Positions 21,135 through 38,073 are shown, counted from the first letter of the stretch. The stretch is DNA of 64,000 bases from Rubrivivax sp. (GCA_047602205.1 JASGHX010000001.1:3714601-3778600), one strand, 5' to 3'. Made by a program: numbers and translations. Notes: generated by a model not told the origin, from the letters alone.

Positions 21135-21839
21135 ATGGCGACCAACAACAACCCCTCGACCGGCTTCGACGCCTCGGGCCTGTGGGACCAGGCGGTCTCG
21201 CAGTTCCGCGGCCTCAACCCCAGCGAGCCGGGGCAATGGCCCTGGCTGCCCAAGGCCGCGGTGTTCCTGGCGGTGGCGGTGGCGGTCGTCGTCATCGGCT
21301 GGTTCGCGCTGCTCAGCTCGGCGGTCGACGAGCTGCAGGCCGAGCGCGACCGCGAGCCGGGCTTACGCCAGCAGTTCGAATCCAAGCTGGCCCAGGCCGT
21401 CAACCTGGGCGAGCTGCGCAAGCAGAAGCTGCAGGTGCAGGAATACGTCACCCAGCTGGAGAAGCAGCTTCCCGGCAAGGCCGAGATGGACGCGCTGCTG
21501 TCCGACATCAACCAGGCCGGCCTCGGCCGCGGGCTGGTGTTCGACCTGTTCAAGCCCGGGCAGGTGGAAGTGAAGGACTACTACGCCGAGCTGCCGATCG
21601 AAGTGCGCGTCAGCGGCCGCTACCACGACATCGGCGCCTTCGCGGCCGACGTGGCCAACCTCTCGCGCATCGTCACGCTGCACAACCTCAACGTCACGCC
21701 GGTGCAGACCAAGGACGCGCCCGGCGGCCAGTTGTGGATGAACGCCGTGGCCCGCACCTACCGCTACCTCGACGCCAACGAAGTGGCCGAGCAGAAGAAG
21801 GCCGCCGCCGCCAAGGCCGCCGGAGCGAGGAAGCCATGA
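21135..21839 (+). CDS. pilO: Type IV pilus protein PilO
   Basis: EPGQWPWLPK, KQLPGKAEMDALLSDINQAG, YYAELPI, GRYHDIGAF. Confidence 0.95.
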   Translation: MATNNNPSTGFDASGLWDQAVSQFRGLNPSEPGQWPWLPKAAVFLAVAVAVVVIGWFALLSSAVDELQAERDREPGLRQQFESKLAQAVNLGELRKQKLQVQEYVTQLEKQLPGKAEMDALLSDINQAGLGRGLVFDLFKPGQVEVKDYYAELPIEVRVSGRYHDIGAFAADVANLSRIVTLHNLNVTPVQTKDAPGGQLWMNAVARTYRYLDANEVAEQKKAAAAKAAGARKP

Positions 21840-22378
21840 ATCGCATCCGCCGTGGACTGCCGGCGCTGGTGCTGGCCCTGATGCTGGGCAGCCTGGCCGC
21901 CTGCTCCAGCGACCTGGAAGAACTGCAGCAGTGGACCGAGGCCAAGCGGCGCGAGGCCAAGCCCAGCGTGCCCAAGCTGCAGCCGCCCAAGAAGTTCGAC
22001 CCCGAGCCCTACACCTCGGCCCAGGCCGTGGACCCCTTCAGCAACCAGAAGCTGGCGGTGGCGCTCAAGCAGGAGGCGCGGCAGCTCAACCCGCTGCTGG
22101 CCTCGGAGCTGAACCGCCGCAAGGAGCCGCTGGAAGCCTACCCGCTGGACAACATGACGATGGTCGGCAGCTTCACCAAGGCCGGCCAGCCCTATGCGCT
22201 GCTGCGGGTCGACAACCTGCTGTATCAGGTCAAGGTGGGCGACTACCTGGGACAGAACTACGGTCGCATCGCCAGGATCGGCGAGACCGAAATCAGCCTG
22301 CGCGAGGTGGTGCAGGACGCTGCCGGTGAATGGACCGAACGGATGAGCTCCCTGCAACTGCAGGAGAAGGCGCGATGA
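21836..22378 (+). CDS. pilP: Type IV pilus lipoprotein PilP
   Basis: Lipobox LAAC, DPF, RRKEPLEAYPLD, VKVGDYLGQNYGRI. Confidence 0.95.
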   Translation: MNRIRRGLPALVLALMLGSLAACSSDLEELQQWTEAKRREAKPSVPKLQPPKKFDPEPYTSAQAVDPFSNQKLAVALKQEARQLNPLLASELNRRKEPLEAYPLDNMTMVGSFTKAGQPYALLRVDNLLYQVKVGDYLGQNYGRIARIGETEISLREVVQDAAGEWTERMSSLQLQEKAR

Positions 22379-24570
22379 GGAAGACTCAGGAGATCTCCAA
22401 CATGTGCAAGTGGCGAACACTGCCGGCTGCGCTCGTGCTGCTGGGCACGACGATCTGCGCGCCGCTTGCCGCGTGGGCGCAGAACGCGATCCAGGCGATC
22501 ACCAGCACCCAGCAGGCCGGCACCGAGGTCGTGCGCGTCGAGCTGAGCGAGGCCCTGGCCGCGCCGCCCGCGGGCTTTGCGGTGCAGGCGCCGCCGCGGG
22601 TGGCGATCGACCTCGCCGGCGTGGGCAACGCGCTGGGCCGCAACACGGTCGAGATCAACCAAGGCAACCTGCGCTCGGTGTCGGTGGCGCAGGCCGGCGA
22701 CCGCACGCGGCTGGTGCTCAACCTCAAGCAGGCGGCCAGCTTCAAGACGCAGCTGCAGGGCAAGGCCTTGCTGATCGTGCTGGAGCCCAGCGGCGCCGCG
22801 ATCGCGGCGGCCGGCACCCAACCGCCGGTGCAGTTCGCGCCGGCGCAGAACACCGAGGTGCAGGGCCTGCGCGACATCGACTTCCGCCGCGGCGCCGACG
22901 GCGCCGGCCGCGTGGTGGTCGGCCTGCCCAGCAACCAGGTGGGCGTGGACATCCGCCAGCAGGGCCAGAACCTGGTGGTGGAGTTCCTGCGCTCGTCGTT
23001 GCCCGACAACCTGCGTCGCCGCCTGGATGTCACCGACTTCGGCACGCCGGTGCAGTCGATCTCCACCTTCCAGTCCAGCGACCGCGTGCGCATGGTGGTC
23101 GAGCCGCGCGGCGCCTGGGAGCACAGCGCCTACCAGACCGACAACCAGTTCGTGCTGGAAGTGCGGCCGATGAAAGTCGACCCCAACAAGCTGACGCAAG
23201 GCCCGGGCTACCAGGGCGAGAAGCTGTCGCTGAACTTCCAGAACATCGAGGTGCGGGCGCTGCTGCAGGTCATCGCCGACTTCACCAACTTCAACGTCGT
23301 GACCAGCGACACCGTCACCGGCAACGTCACGCTGCGGTTGAAGGACGTGCCCTGGGACCAGGCGCTGGACATCATCATGCAGAGCAAGGGCCTGGGCGTG
23401 CGCAAGTCCGGCAACGTGCTGTGGATCGCGCCCAAGGACGAGCTGTCGGCCAAGGAGCAGGTCGATCTGGAAGCCAAGAAGAAGGTGGCCGAACTCGAGC
23501 CGCTGCGCACGCAGTCGTTCCAGCTCAACTACACCAAGGCCGAAGACATCGCCAAGGGCCTGACCGGGCAGACCGTCGGCCAGGGCGGGAGCGGCGGCAG
23601 CAATCAGTTCAACACCCGCATCCTGTCGCCGCGCGGCAGCGTGCTCTACGAGACTCGCACCAACCAGCTCTTCGTCTCCGACATCCCGTCCAAGCTGGAA
23701 GAGGTGACGGCGCTGATCGCCAAGATCGACATCCCGGTGCGCCAGGTGCTGATCGAGGCGCGCATCGTCGAGGCCAACGATACCTTCGGGCGTGCGCTGG
23801 GCGTGAAGCTGGGGGCCGCCGATGCGCGTGGGCTGCGCGGTGGCATTCCGGGCTACCGGGTGAGCGGCGGCAACTACGTCACCATCGGCGGCAACTACGA
23901 CGGTGTGGGATATCAGACCGGGCAGTTGGGCTCTTCCAATGGGGGCGACAGCTTCGCCAACACCCAGATGGTCAACCTGCCCGCCAACGCCAGCGCGCTG
24001 GGCGTCGCATCGGCGGCGACCTTCGGCCTGTCGCTGTTCAGCGCCGCGGCCAACCGCTTCCTGAACCTGGAGCTGTCGGCGATGGAGACCGAGGGCAAGG
24101 GCAAGATCGTGTCCAGCCCGCGCATCGTCACCGCCGATCAGCAGAAGGCCAGCATCGAGCAGGGCGAGGAGATCCCGTACAACGTGGCCACCTCCAGCGG
24201 CGCGACCTCCATCCAGTTCAAGAAGGCCTCGCTGCGGCTGGAAGTGACGCCGCAGATCACGCCCGAAGGCAACGTGATCATGCTGGTCAGCGTCAGCAAG
24301 GACAGCCGTGGCGCATTGACGCCCAACGCCGGCCCGGCGATCAACACCAAGCGCGTGGACACGCAGGTGCTGGTGGAGAACGGCGGCACCGTGGTGATCG
24401 GCGGCATCTTCCAGCTCGACGAGAGCGACGACGTGCAGAAGGTGCCGCTGCTGGGCGACATCCCCTTCGTCGGCGCCTTGTTCCGCAGCAAGACCCGCAT
24501 CGCCAACAAGACCGAGCTGCTGGTCTTCATCACCCCCAAGATCGTGACCGACCGGTCGGCGATCCGTTGA
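22375..24570 (+). CDS. pilQ: Type IV pilus secretin PilQ
   Basis: AMIN domains, [64 protein letters not shown]. Confidence 0.96.
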   Translation: MRKTQEISNMCKWRTLPAALVLLGTTICAPLAAWAQNAIQAITSTQQAGTEVVRVELSEALAAPPAGFAVQAPPRVAIDLAGVGNALGRNTVEINQGNLRSVSVAQAGDRTRLVLNLKQAASFKTQLQGKALLIVLEPSGAAIAAAGTQPPVQFAPAQNTEVQGLRDIDFRRGADGAGRVVVGLPSNQVGVDIRQQGQNLVVEFLRSSLPDNLRRRLDVTDFGTPVQSISTFQSSDRVRMVVEPRGAWEHSAYQTDNQFVLEVRPMKVDPNKLTQGPGYQGEKLSLNFQNIEVRALLQVIADFTNFNVVTSDTVTGNVTLRLKDVPWDQALDIIMQSKGLGVRKSGNVLWIAPKDELSAKEQVDLEAKKKVAELEPLRTQSFQLNYTKAEDIAKGLTGQTVGQGGSGGSNQFNTRILSPRGSVLYETRTNQLFVSDIPSKLEEVTALIAKIDIPVRQVLIEARIVEANDTFGRALGVKLGAADARGLRGGIPGYRVSGGNYVTIGGNYDGVGYQTGQLGSSNGGDSFANTQMVNLPANASALGVASAATFGLSLFSAAANRFLNLELSAMETEGKGKIVSSPRIVTADQQKASIEQGEEIPYNVATSSGATSIQFKKASLRLEVTPQITPEGNVIMLVSVSKDSRGALTPNAGPAINTKRVDTQVLVENGGTVVIGGIFQLDESDDVQKVPLLGDIPFVGALFRSKTRIANKTELLVFITPKIVTDRSAIR

Positions 24571-24589
24571 ACGACATTAGGAAGCGCAC

Positions 24590-26338
24590 ATGAGCGATTG
24601 GAAGCGGTTGCTGGCGGTGCTGGTCACGCTGGGGCTGGCGGCCTGCGGAGGCGGCGGCGGGAATGCCGGCACGCCCGGGTTGGGTGGTGGCAGCAACGGT
24701 ACGGCGGTGGCGGCGGGCCTGACCTTGACGCTGAGCAGCGCCAGCATCGACAACTCGGGCAGCCGGACGGTGATCGCGACGGCAACCGCGGTCGATGCGA
24801 ATCGCAATGCCGTTGCGGGCATTCCGGTCCAGTTCGCGATCTCGGATCCGCAGACCAGCGCCTTCGTTGCCGCGAACGGCAGCCAGACCGATGCAGGCGG
24901 CCAGGTGACGGGCACCGTCAGTATCGGCCCGGACCGCACCAATCGCCCGATCACGGTGAAGGCGATCAGCGGCAACTTCCAGGCAGAGGCGGTGTTCAAC
25001 GTCACCGGCACGCAGTTCGCGCAGGCCAGCGCGGTGCCCTCGGTGGTGGCGGCGGGCGCAGCGGGAACGGTCCAGTACACCTTGGCCGACGTGAACGGCA
25101 ACCCGATGACGGGCGTGCCGATCACCGTGAGCGGCAGCGGCGTCAGCAGCCAGTCCGGTGCGACCAACCAGAACGGCGGCTACACCTTCAACTACACGGC
25201 GCCCAGCACGCCGGGCACCACCTTGACCATCAATGCCAAGGCGGGAGGTGCAGAGTCCAATGTGAACGTGACCATTCCGGGTGGCAGCACCACGGTGCCG
25301 GTTGCCAAGGCCCCCGTCTCCAAGACGCTGAATCTTTCGGCCAACGTGGTCGCGGTCAATACCGGCAGCACGAGCAACCAGGTTTCGGTCAGCGCCATCT
25401 TCCGCGATGGCGGCAATGCGCCCATCAGCAACGTCCGCGTGCTGTTCGGCGTGATCGGCGACAACGGCACCGGCAGCATCGGCTCCGCCGGCAACGCCGT
25501 GCTGTCCGATGCCAGTGGCTCTGCCTCGACGACCTACAAGCCGGGTGCGGTCAGCAGCCCGACCAACGGCGTCACGATCCTGGCTTGCTGGAAGATCAGC
25601 GATTTCGCAGCCGGCGAAACGGTCGCCAACTGCCCGGCGGAAAATCTGCTGACGACCGCGCTGACGATCGTTTCCAATCCGGTGTCGATCTCGATCGGCA
25701 CCGATAACACCATCGCCAATGGTCCGACAGGCCTGACCTTCATCAAGAAGTACGTCGTGCTGGTCGTTGATTCGGCTGGAAATCCGAAGTCCGATGTCCA
25801 GGTGACGCCTTCCGTGGATCTCGGAGGCTTTAGCAAGGGCGCCTGGGTTCTGGGGAAGTGCGGGTTGTCCGACTGCTGGGTGAAGGCACAGACGGATAGC
25901 TGCCCCAACGAGGACTTGAATCGCAATGGCGTCATCGACACGAATGAAGACGTCAACGGCAACGGGCAGTTGGATCCGCGCAAATCCGACGTCTCGATCA
26001 CCTTGTCGGGTGCCACCAAGACCGACGCCAACGGCGTGGCGGTGTTGCAACTTGAGTACCCGAAGAGCTTGGCAAGCTGGGTGAAATTCAAGATCACCGT
26101 GACGGCGGCCGGTGTTTTGAGCCCGCCCGCGTATTACCCGTTGGGGGTGCCGGTACTGTTGCCTTCGCGGCCACTGGCTGAATTGACCGGTGCCAATGGA
26201 CAGCCGACCGTTGATGGCTATCTTCTGACCTATGAGTGGCTACCCGTCTCCCAGGCGGAGGTTCTGAACGTGGCGCAAGACCCATCGTTCAAGTACAGCC
26301 CCTATGGCACAGCGCCGGGCTGTACCAACTCGAACTGA
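24590..26338 (+). CDS. Lipoprotein with Ig-like (Big_1/invasin-type) repeats and tandem DxNxNG motifs
   Basis: LAACGGGGG lipobox; repeated ATAVDAN / TDAGGQVT / SDASGSAST / TDANGVA Ig-like strands; NEDLNRNGVIDTNEDVNGNGQLDP. Confidence 0.75.
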   Translation: MSDWKRLLAVLVTLGLAACGGGGGNAGTPGLGGGSNGTAVAAGLTLTLSSASIDNSGSRTVIATATAVDANRNAVAGIPVQFAISDPQTSAFVAANGSQTDAGGQVTGTVSIGPDRTNRPITVKAISGNFQAEAVFNVTGTQFAQASAVPSVVAAGAAGTVQYTLADVNGNPMTGVPITVSGSGVSSQSGATNQNGGYTFNYTAPSTPGTTLTINAKAGGAESNVNVTIPGGSTTVPVAKAPVSKTLNLSANVVAVNTGSTSNQVSVSAIFRDGGNAPISNVRVLFGVIGDNGTGSIGSAGNAVLSDASGSASTTYKPGAVSSPTNGVTILACWKISDFAAGETVANCPAENLLTTALTIVSNPVSISIGTDNTIANGPTGLTFIKKYVVLVVDSAGNPKSDVQVTPSVDLGGFSKGAWVLGKCGLSDCWVKAQTDSCPNEDLNRNGVIDTNEDVNGNGQLDPRKSDVSITLSGATKTDANGVAVLQLEYPKSLASWVKFKITVTAAGVLSPPAYYPLGVPVLLPSRPLAELTGANGQPTVDGYLLTYEWLPVSQAEVLNVAQDPSFKYSPYGTAPGCTNSN

Positions 26339-26346
26339 AGCCCGTC

Positions 26347-26877
26347 ATGACCATCGCCCTCGTCGGCATGCCCGGGTCGGGCAAGTCGACGGTGGGCCGG
26401 CAACTGGCCCGCCAGCTCGATCTGGCGTTCGTCGACAGCGACCACGTCATCGAGCGGCGCCTGGGCATGCCGATCCGCGACTGGTTCGCGCAGCATGGCG
26501 AAGAGGCCTTCCGCGACGTCGAGCAGGCGGTGATCGACGAACTCAGCCAGCAAGGCGGCGCCGTGCTGGCCACCGGCGGCGGCGCGGTGCTGCGGCCGTC
26601 CAACCGCAACGCGCTGCATTCGCGCTGCCACGTCTTCTACTTGCGCTCCAGCCCCGAAGAGCTGTTCCGCCGCCTGCGGCACGACACCCAGCGGCCGCTG
26701 CTGCAGGTGGACGATCCGCTGAAGCGCCTGCGCGAGCTCTACCGCGATCGCGACCCGCTGTACCGCCGCACCGCGCACTTCGTCGTCGAGGCCGCGCGCC
26801 CCTCGGTGCAGGCGCTGACCGGCATGGTGCTGATGCAGCTCGAGCTGGCCGGCCTGGTGCCGTCTCGCGAGCCTTAG
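26347..26877 (+). CDS. aroK: Shikimate kinase
   Basis: [41 protein letters not shown]. Confidence 0.96.
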   Translation: MTIALVGMPGSGKSTVGRQLARQLDLAFVDSDHVIERRLGMPIRDWFAQHGEEAFRDVEQAVIDELSQQGGAVLATGGGAVLRPSNRNALHSRCHVFYLRSSPEELFRRLRHDTQRPLLQVDDPLKRLRELYRDRDPLYRRTAHFVVEAARPSVQALTGMVLMQLELAGLVPSREP

Positions 26878-26926
26878 CCGCCGCTGCCGGCAGCGCGGCA
26901 GGCCTGCGCCGTACACTGCCGCTCTC

Positions 26927-28045
26927 ATGAGTTCGACGACCGCATCTCTGCGCGCCGACGTGCCGGTCAGCACGCCGGGTCATCGCTACGACATCCACAT
27001 CGCCGCCGGCGCGCTGGCCGATCCGGCGCCCTGGCAAGGGCTGCCGGCCGCCGCGCAGGCGGTGATCGTCACCAACACCACGGTGCAGGCCTTGCATGGC
27101 GCTGCGCTGCAGCGGGCGCTGGCGTCGCATTACCGCGAGATCACCGTCCTGGCGTTGCCCGACGGCGAGGCGCACAAGGACTGGCAGACCCTGAACCACG
27201 TGTTCGACCACCTGCTGGCCGCCGGCTGCGACCGCAAGACCGTGCTGTTCGCGCTGGGCGGCGGCGTGGTCGGCGATCTCACCGGCTTTGCCGCCGCCTG
27301 CTACATGCGCGGCGTGCCTTTCGTGCAGGTGCCCACCACCTTGCTGGCGCAGGTGGATTCGTCGGTCGGCGGCAAGACCGCGATCAACCATCCGCTGGGC
27401 AAGAACATGATCGGCGCGTTCTACCAGCCGCAGCGCGTGGTCTGCGACCTGGCGACGCTGGACACGCTGCCGCCGCGCGAGCTGGCCGCGGGCCTCGCCG
27501 AGGTCATCAAGTACGGGCCGATCGCCGATGCGGGCTTCCTCGCGTGGATCGAAGCCAATCTCGACGCGCTGCTGGCGCGCGAGCCGGCGGCGCTGCTGCA
27601 CGCGGTGCGCCGCTCGTGCGAGATCAAGGCCTGGGTCGTCGGCCAGGACGAGCGCGAAAGCGGCCTGCGCGCGATCCTCAACTTCGGCCACACCTTCGGC
27701 CACGCGATCGAGGCCGGGCTGGGCTACGGCCAATGGCTGCACGGCGAGGCCGTCGCCTGCGGCATGGTGATGGCGGCCGATCTCTCGGCCGGGCTGGGCT
27801 TGATGCCGGCCGCTTTCGTCGAGCGGCTGCGTAATCTGCTGCAGCGCGCCGGGCTGCCGGTCGTGGCGCCGGCGGCGATCGCCGTCGACCGCTTCGTCGA
27901 GCTGATGCGCGTCGACAAGAAGGCCGAGGGCGGCGAGATCCGCTTCGTCGTCATCGAGGCGCTGGGCCGCGCCGCGGTGCGGCCGGCGCCCGATGCGCTG
28001 GTGCGCGAGGTCATCGTCCGCCACCGCCAGCCGGCCGCGCCGTGA
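26927..28045 (+). CDS. aroB: 3-dehydroquinate synthase
   Basis: [54 protein letters not shown]. Confidence 0.97.
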   Translation: MSSTTASLRADVPVSTPGHRYDIHIAAGALADPAPWQGLPAAAQAVIVTNTTVQALHGAALQRALASHYREITVLALPDGEAHKDWQTLNHVFDHLLAAGCDRKTVLFALGGGVVGDLTGFAAACYMRGVPFVQVPTTLLAQVDSSVGGKTAINHPLGKNMIGAFYQPQRVVCDLATLDTLPPRELAAGLAEVIKYGPIADAGFLAWIEANLDALLAREPAALLHAVRRSCEIKAWVVGQDERESGLRAILNFGHTFGHAIEAGLGYGQWLHGEAVACGMVMAADLSAGLGLMPAAFVERLRNLLQRAGLPVVAPAAIAVDRFVELMRVDKKAEGGEIRFVVIEALGRAAVRPAPDALVREVIVRHRQPAAP

Positions 28046-29226
28046 CCGTGGCGCTGGCGCCGTGGGCGGTGGACCCGGCGCGCAGCCGCGGCCGCCGCCA
28101 CCCCGAGCCGCCGCCGCTGGACCGCGGCGAGCACCAGCGCGACCGCGACCGCGTCGTGCACAGCACCGCGTTCCGGCGGCTGATGTACAAGACCCAGGTC
28201 TTCATCAACCACGAAGGCGACCTGTTCCGCACGCGGCTGACGCATTCGCTGGAGGTCGCGCAGCTCTCGCGCTCGGTGGCGCGCACGCTGGCGCTGAACG
28301 AGGACCTGGTCGAAGCGATCGCGCTGGCCCACGACATGGGCCACACGCCCTTCGGCCACGCCGGCCAGGACGCGCTGCACGCCTGCATGGCGGCGCACGG
28401 CGGCTTCGAGCACAACCTGCAAAGCCTGCGCGTCGTCGACCAACTCGAACAGCGCTATCCCGGCTTCGACGGCCTGAACCTCAGCTTCGAGACGCGCGAG
28501 GGCATCCTCAAGCATTGCTCACGCCGGCGCGCGGAAGCGCTGGAAGCCGCCGAGCCCGGCGGCGTCGCGCGGCGCTTCATCGACGGCACGCGCCCCAGCC
28601 TGGAGGCGCAGGTGGTCAACCTCGCCGACGAGATCGCCTACAACGCGCACGACGTCGACGACGGCATGCGCTCGGGCCTGCTCGACGAGGCGCAGCTCGT
28701 CGGCCTGGCCGCCTACGGCCGCATCCGCCGCGAGGTGCTGGTCGAGCACCCGGGGCTGGAGACGGCGGGCCGCCGGCTGCTGTTCGAGGTGCTGCGACGC
28801 ATGCTCTCGGGCCAGCTGCGGCAGCTCGTCGAGCACCTGCGCCAGGCCCTGCGCGAGCACGCGCCGCCCGACGCCGACGCGGTGCGCCGGCTGCCGCTGC
28901 TGGCCCAGCTGCCGCCGGCGGCGCGCGCCGAGTTCGACGAGCTCAAGCGCTTCCTGTTCGCCGCGCTGTACCGCCATCCGCAGGTGATGCAGACCACCGC
29001 GGCGGCGCGCCAGGTCGTCAGCGAGCTGTTCGGCGCCTACCTCGCCGCGCCGCAGGAGATGCCGGCCGACTTCGGCGGTGCCGAAGACCGCCCGCGCGCG
29101 GTGGCCGACTACATCGCCGGCATGACCGATCGCTTCGCGCTGCGCGAATACCACCGCTTGACGGGCCGCGTGCCGTTTCCGGCCGCGCTGCACCCGGCGC
29201 CGTGGCCGGCTCCGCCTCCGGCCTGA
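28042..29226 (+). CDS. dgt: Deoxyguanosinetriphosphate triphosphohydrolase (HD family)
   Basis: [58 protein letters not shown]. Confidence 0.95.
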   Translation: MTVALAPWAVDPARSRGRRHPEPPPLDRGEHQRDRDRVVHSTAFRRLMYKTQVFINHEGDLFRTRLTHSLEVAQLSRSVARTLALNEDLVEAIALAHDMGHTPFGHAGQDALHACMAAHGGFEHNLQSLRVVDQLEQRYPGFDGLNLSFETREGILKHCSRRRAEALEAAEPGGVARRFIDGTRPSLEAQVVNLADEIAYNAHDVDDGMRSGLLDEAQLVGLAAYGRIRREVLVEHPGLETAGRRLLFEVLRRMLSGQLRQLVEHLRQALREHAPPDADAVRRLPLLAQLPPAARAEFDELKRFLFAALYRHPQVMQTTAAARQVVSELFGAYLAAPQEMPADFGGAEDRPRAVADYIAGMTDRFALREYHRLTGRVPFPAALHPAPWPAPPPA

Positions 29227-29243
29227 ACGGGCGCCGACCGCGC

Positions 29244-29921
29244 ATGGCCCGCCAGCCGCGCCTGTCCCTGCCCGGCGTGATGCACCTCGTGCAGCAGCGC
29301 GGGCACAACGGTGGTGCGATCGTGCTCGATACGCAGGACAGCGAGCAGTTGCTGCAAGCCCTGCGCGAGGCCGCCCGGTTGCACGGCGTGGCGCTGCATG
29401 CCTACGCCTTGACCGCCGCCGAACTGCGCCTGCTGGCCACGCCCGAGACGGCCGACGGCATCAGCCGCACGATGCAGGCGCTGGGCCGGCGGCACGCCGC
29501 CGCGTTCAACCGCCGCCACGGTCGCAGCGGCGCCTTGTGGGACGGCCGCTTCCGCTCGGCGCTGATCGAGTCCGGCCCGGCGGCGCTGCTGGCGCTGCGC
29601 CAGGTGGAGTCGACGGCCGCCGAAGGCAGTGCCGACGGCGTCGAACGCAGCAGCCTGCCACACCGCCTGGGCATCCGCCGCGATGCCGCGCTCGTGGACC
29701 CGCCGGCCTACTGGCAGCTTGGCAACACGCCGTTCGAGCGCGAATCGCAGTATCGCCGGCTGCTGGCCGAAGGGCTGGCGCCTGACGAGCAAGCCGCGCT
29801 GCGCGGCGCGCTGAAGCGCGGCTGGGCGCTGGGCAGCCCGGGCTTTCTGCAGCAACTGGCCGGCGTCAGCCAGCGTCCGGCGCAGCCGCGCCCGCCCGGC
29901 CGTCCGCGCCGCGCCGCCTGA
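29244..29921 (+). CDS. Y1 (IS200-like/REP-associated, RAYT-type) transposase homolog with degenerate catalytic motifs
   Basis: MARQPRL...MHLVQQRGHNG, HAYALT, YGR-equivalent LGRRHAAAFNRRHGRSGALWDGRF; the HUH position reads ELRL and the catalytic-Tyr segment reads QVES. Confidence 0.75.
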   Translation: MARQPRLSLPGVMHLVQQRGHNGGAIVLDTQDSEQLLQALREAARLHGVALHAYALTAAELRLLATPETADGISRTMQALGRRHAAAFNRRHGRSGALWDGRFRSALIESGPAALLALRQVESTAAEGSADGVERSSLPHRLGIRRDAALVDPPAYWQLGNTPFERESQYRRLLAEGLAPDEQAALRGALKRGWALGSPGFLQQLAGVSQRPAQPRPPGRPRRAA

Positions 29922-29980
29922 GATGCTTGGCGAACCGGCATGCGGCATGCATGGCTGTTGGTACACGCCACCGTTTGATA

Positions 29981-30040
29981 TGTCCCTATTTTCAAGGTGA
30001 TGGTCAGATCATTGATTCATTAATCAACCTGACCCCATTT
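29981..30040. promoter_or_regulatory. AT-rich hairpin / direct-repeat element between the RAYT homolog and gltB
   Basis: TGTCCCTATTT (29981) and TGACCCCATTT (30030); inverted repeat GGTCAG..TTGATT-catt-AATCAA.CTGACC (30002-30034). Confidence 0.5.
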
Positions 30041-30111
30041 ATTGCCGATTGTCCCCGTTGCTGCACTGCGGTAGGCTCGCGCCTCCCGCGATTTGCCCGC
30101 CTGGAGTAGCC

Positions 30112-34852
<4,741 letters not shown>

Positions 34853-34879
34853 ACGAAGAACCCGAAGAGCGCACACATC

Positions 34880-36346
<1,467 letters not shown>

Positions 36347-36465
36347 CACAAGCGGCTACAAACGCGCTCAAAGGGGCAACAAGGCTTTGCGTGCGCGGCG
36401 GGCCGCCGGCGCGGAGGGTGCGTGAGACAATCCCGCGCTCCATTCCCCGGCCCCGCCCTTCCGGT

Positions 36466-37275
36466 TTGAAGCCCGACGCCTTCATCGAGATCGACCACGT
36501 CACTTTCGGCTACGACGAAAGGCGCACCATCCTCAAGGACCTGAGCCTGCGCTTCCTGCGCGGCAAGGTCACCGCGGTGCTGGGCGGATCGGGCTGCGGC
36601 AAGACCACGCTGCTGCGGCTGATCGGCGGCGTGCACGGCGTCAACAGCGGCCGCGTGGTGTTCGACGGCGAGGTGATCGACGTGCACGACCGCGCGCAGC
36701 TCTACCGGCTGCGGCGGCGCCTGGGCATGCTGTTCCAGTTCGGCGCGCTGTTCACCGACCTCACGGTGTTCGACAACGTCGCCTTTCCGCTGCGCGAGAT
36801 GAGCGATCTGCCCGAAGGCATGATCCGCGACATCGTGCTGATGAAGCTCAACGCGGTGGGCCTGCGCGGCGCAGCCTCGCTGAAGATCAGCGAAGTGTCC
36901 GGCGGCATGGCGCGGCGCATCGCGCTGGCGCGCGCCATCGCGCTCGACCCCGAGCTGATCATGTACGACGAGCCCTTCGCCGGGCTGGACCTGATCAGCA
37001 TGGGGGTGACCGCCAAGCTGATCCGCACGCTGAACGACGCCACCGGGGCCACCTCGCTGGTGATCAGCCACGACGTGCCCGAATGCATGGCGATCAGCGA
37101 CTGGGTGGTGCTGCTGGCCACCGGCGGCCGCCTGGTCGCGCAAGGCACGCCGGCCGAGCTGATGGCGTCCACCGACCCCGAGGTGCGCCAGTTCGTGCGC
37201 GGCGAGCCCGACGGCCCGGTCAAGTTCCACTATCCCGCGGTGCCGATCGCCGAGGACTTCGGGGTCAAGGTATGA
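36466..37275 (+). CDS. mlaF: Mla phospholipid ABC transporter ATPase (TTG start assumed)
   Basis: GGSGCGKTT, MLFQFGALFTDL, SGGMARRIALARAIALDP, YDEPFAGLD. Confidence 0.93.
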   Translation: MKPDAFIEIDHVTFGYDERRTILKDLSLRFLRGKVTAVLGGSGCGKTTLLRLIGGVHGVNSGRVVFDGEVIDVHDRAQLYRLRRRLGMLFQFGALFTDLTVFDNVAFPLREMSDLPEGMIRDIVLMKLNAVGLRGAASLKISEVSGGMARRIALARAIALDPELIMYDEPFAGLDLISMGVTAKLIRTLNDATGATSLVISHDVPECMAISDWVVLLATGGRLVAQGTPAELMASTDPEVRQFVRGEPDGPVKFHYPAVPIAEDFGVKV

Positions 37276-38057
37276 CGAACCTGCTGGCCCTGCTCGGTGG
37301 CCGCGCACTGCAGGTGCTGCGCGGCTGGGGCCGTGCGGCGCTGTTCTTCGCCGACCTGCTGCGCGCGCTGCTGCCGTCGCTGCGCCGCTTCGGGCTGGTG
37401 GTCGAGCAGATCCACGCGATCGGCAACCGCTCGCTGCTGATCATCCTGGCCTCGGGCATGGCGGTGGGCTTCGTGCTGGCGCTGCAGATGTACTACGCGC
37501 TGGTCACCTACGGTGCGGCCGAATCGCTGGGCCTGATCGTCAACCTGTCGCTGGTGCGCGAGCTGGGGCCGGTGGTCACGGCGCTGCTGTTCGCCGGCCG
37601 CGCCGGCACCTCGCTGACCGCCGAGATCGGGCTGATGAAGGCCGGCGAGCAGATCGCCGCGCTCGAGCTGATGGCGCTGGACCCGCGGCAGCGCGTGCTG
37701 GCGCCGCGCTTCCTGGCCGGCATCGTGGCCATGCCCTTGCTGGCCATCCTGTTTTCGGCGATCGGCATCCTCGGCGCCTGGCTGGTCGCAGTAGGGCTGA
37801 TCGGCATCGACCCGGGCAACTTCTGGTCGATCCAGCAAAACGGCGTCGACGTGTGGCGCGACGTGGGCAACGGCGTGGTCAAGAGTTTCGTGTTCGGCAT
37901 CATCTGCACCACGGTGGCGCTGTACCAGGGCTACGAGACCGAGGCCACGCCCGAAGGCGTGGCCTACGCCACCACGCGCACCGTGGTGGTCTCGTCGCTG
38001 TGCGTGCTGGGCATGGACTTCATCCTGACGGCGCTGATGTTCTCGACGGGCCGCTAG
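37272..38057 (+). CDS. mlaE: Mla permease
   Basis: SLVRELGPVVTALLFAGRAGTSLTAEIGLMK, EGVAYATTRTVV. Confidence 0.95.
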   Translation: MTNLLALLGGRALQVLRGWGRAALFFADLLRALLPSLRRFGLVVEQIHAIGNRSLLIILASGMAVGFVLALQMYYALVTYGAAESLGLIVNLSLVRELGPVVTALLFAGRAGTSLTAEIGLMKAGEQIAALELMALDPRQRVLAPRFLAGIVAMPLLAILFSAIGILGAWLVAVGLIGIDPGNFWSIQQNGVDVWRDVGNGVVKSFVFGIICTTVALYQGYETEATPEGVAYATTRTVVVSSLCVLGMDFILTALMFSTGR

Positions 38058-38073
38058 AAAAAAGGGCAAGGGA

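Noticed and set aside
29244-29921. Active IS200/IS605 insertion sequence
   Set aside because: HUH and Tyr motifs are degenerate, there is no tnpB or flanking IS-end pair, and it sits in core synteny.
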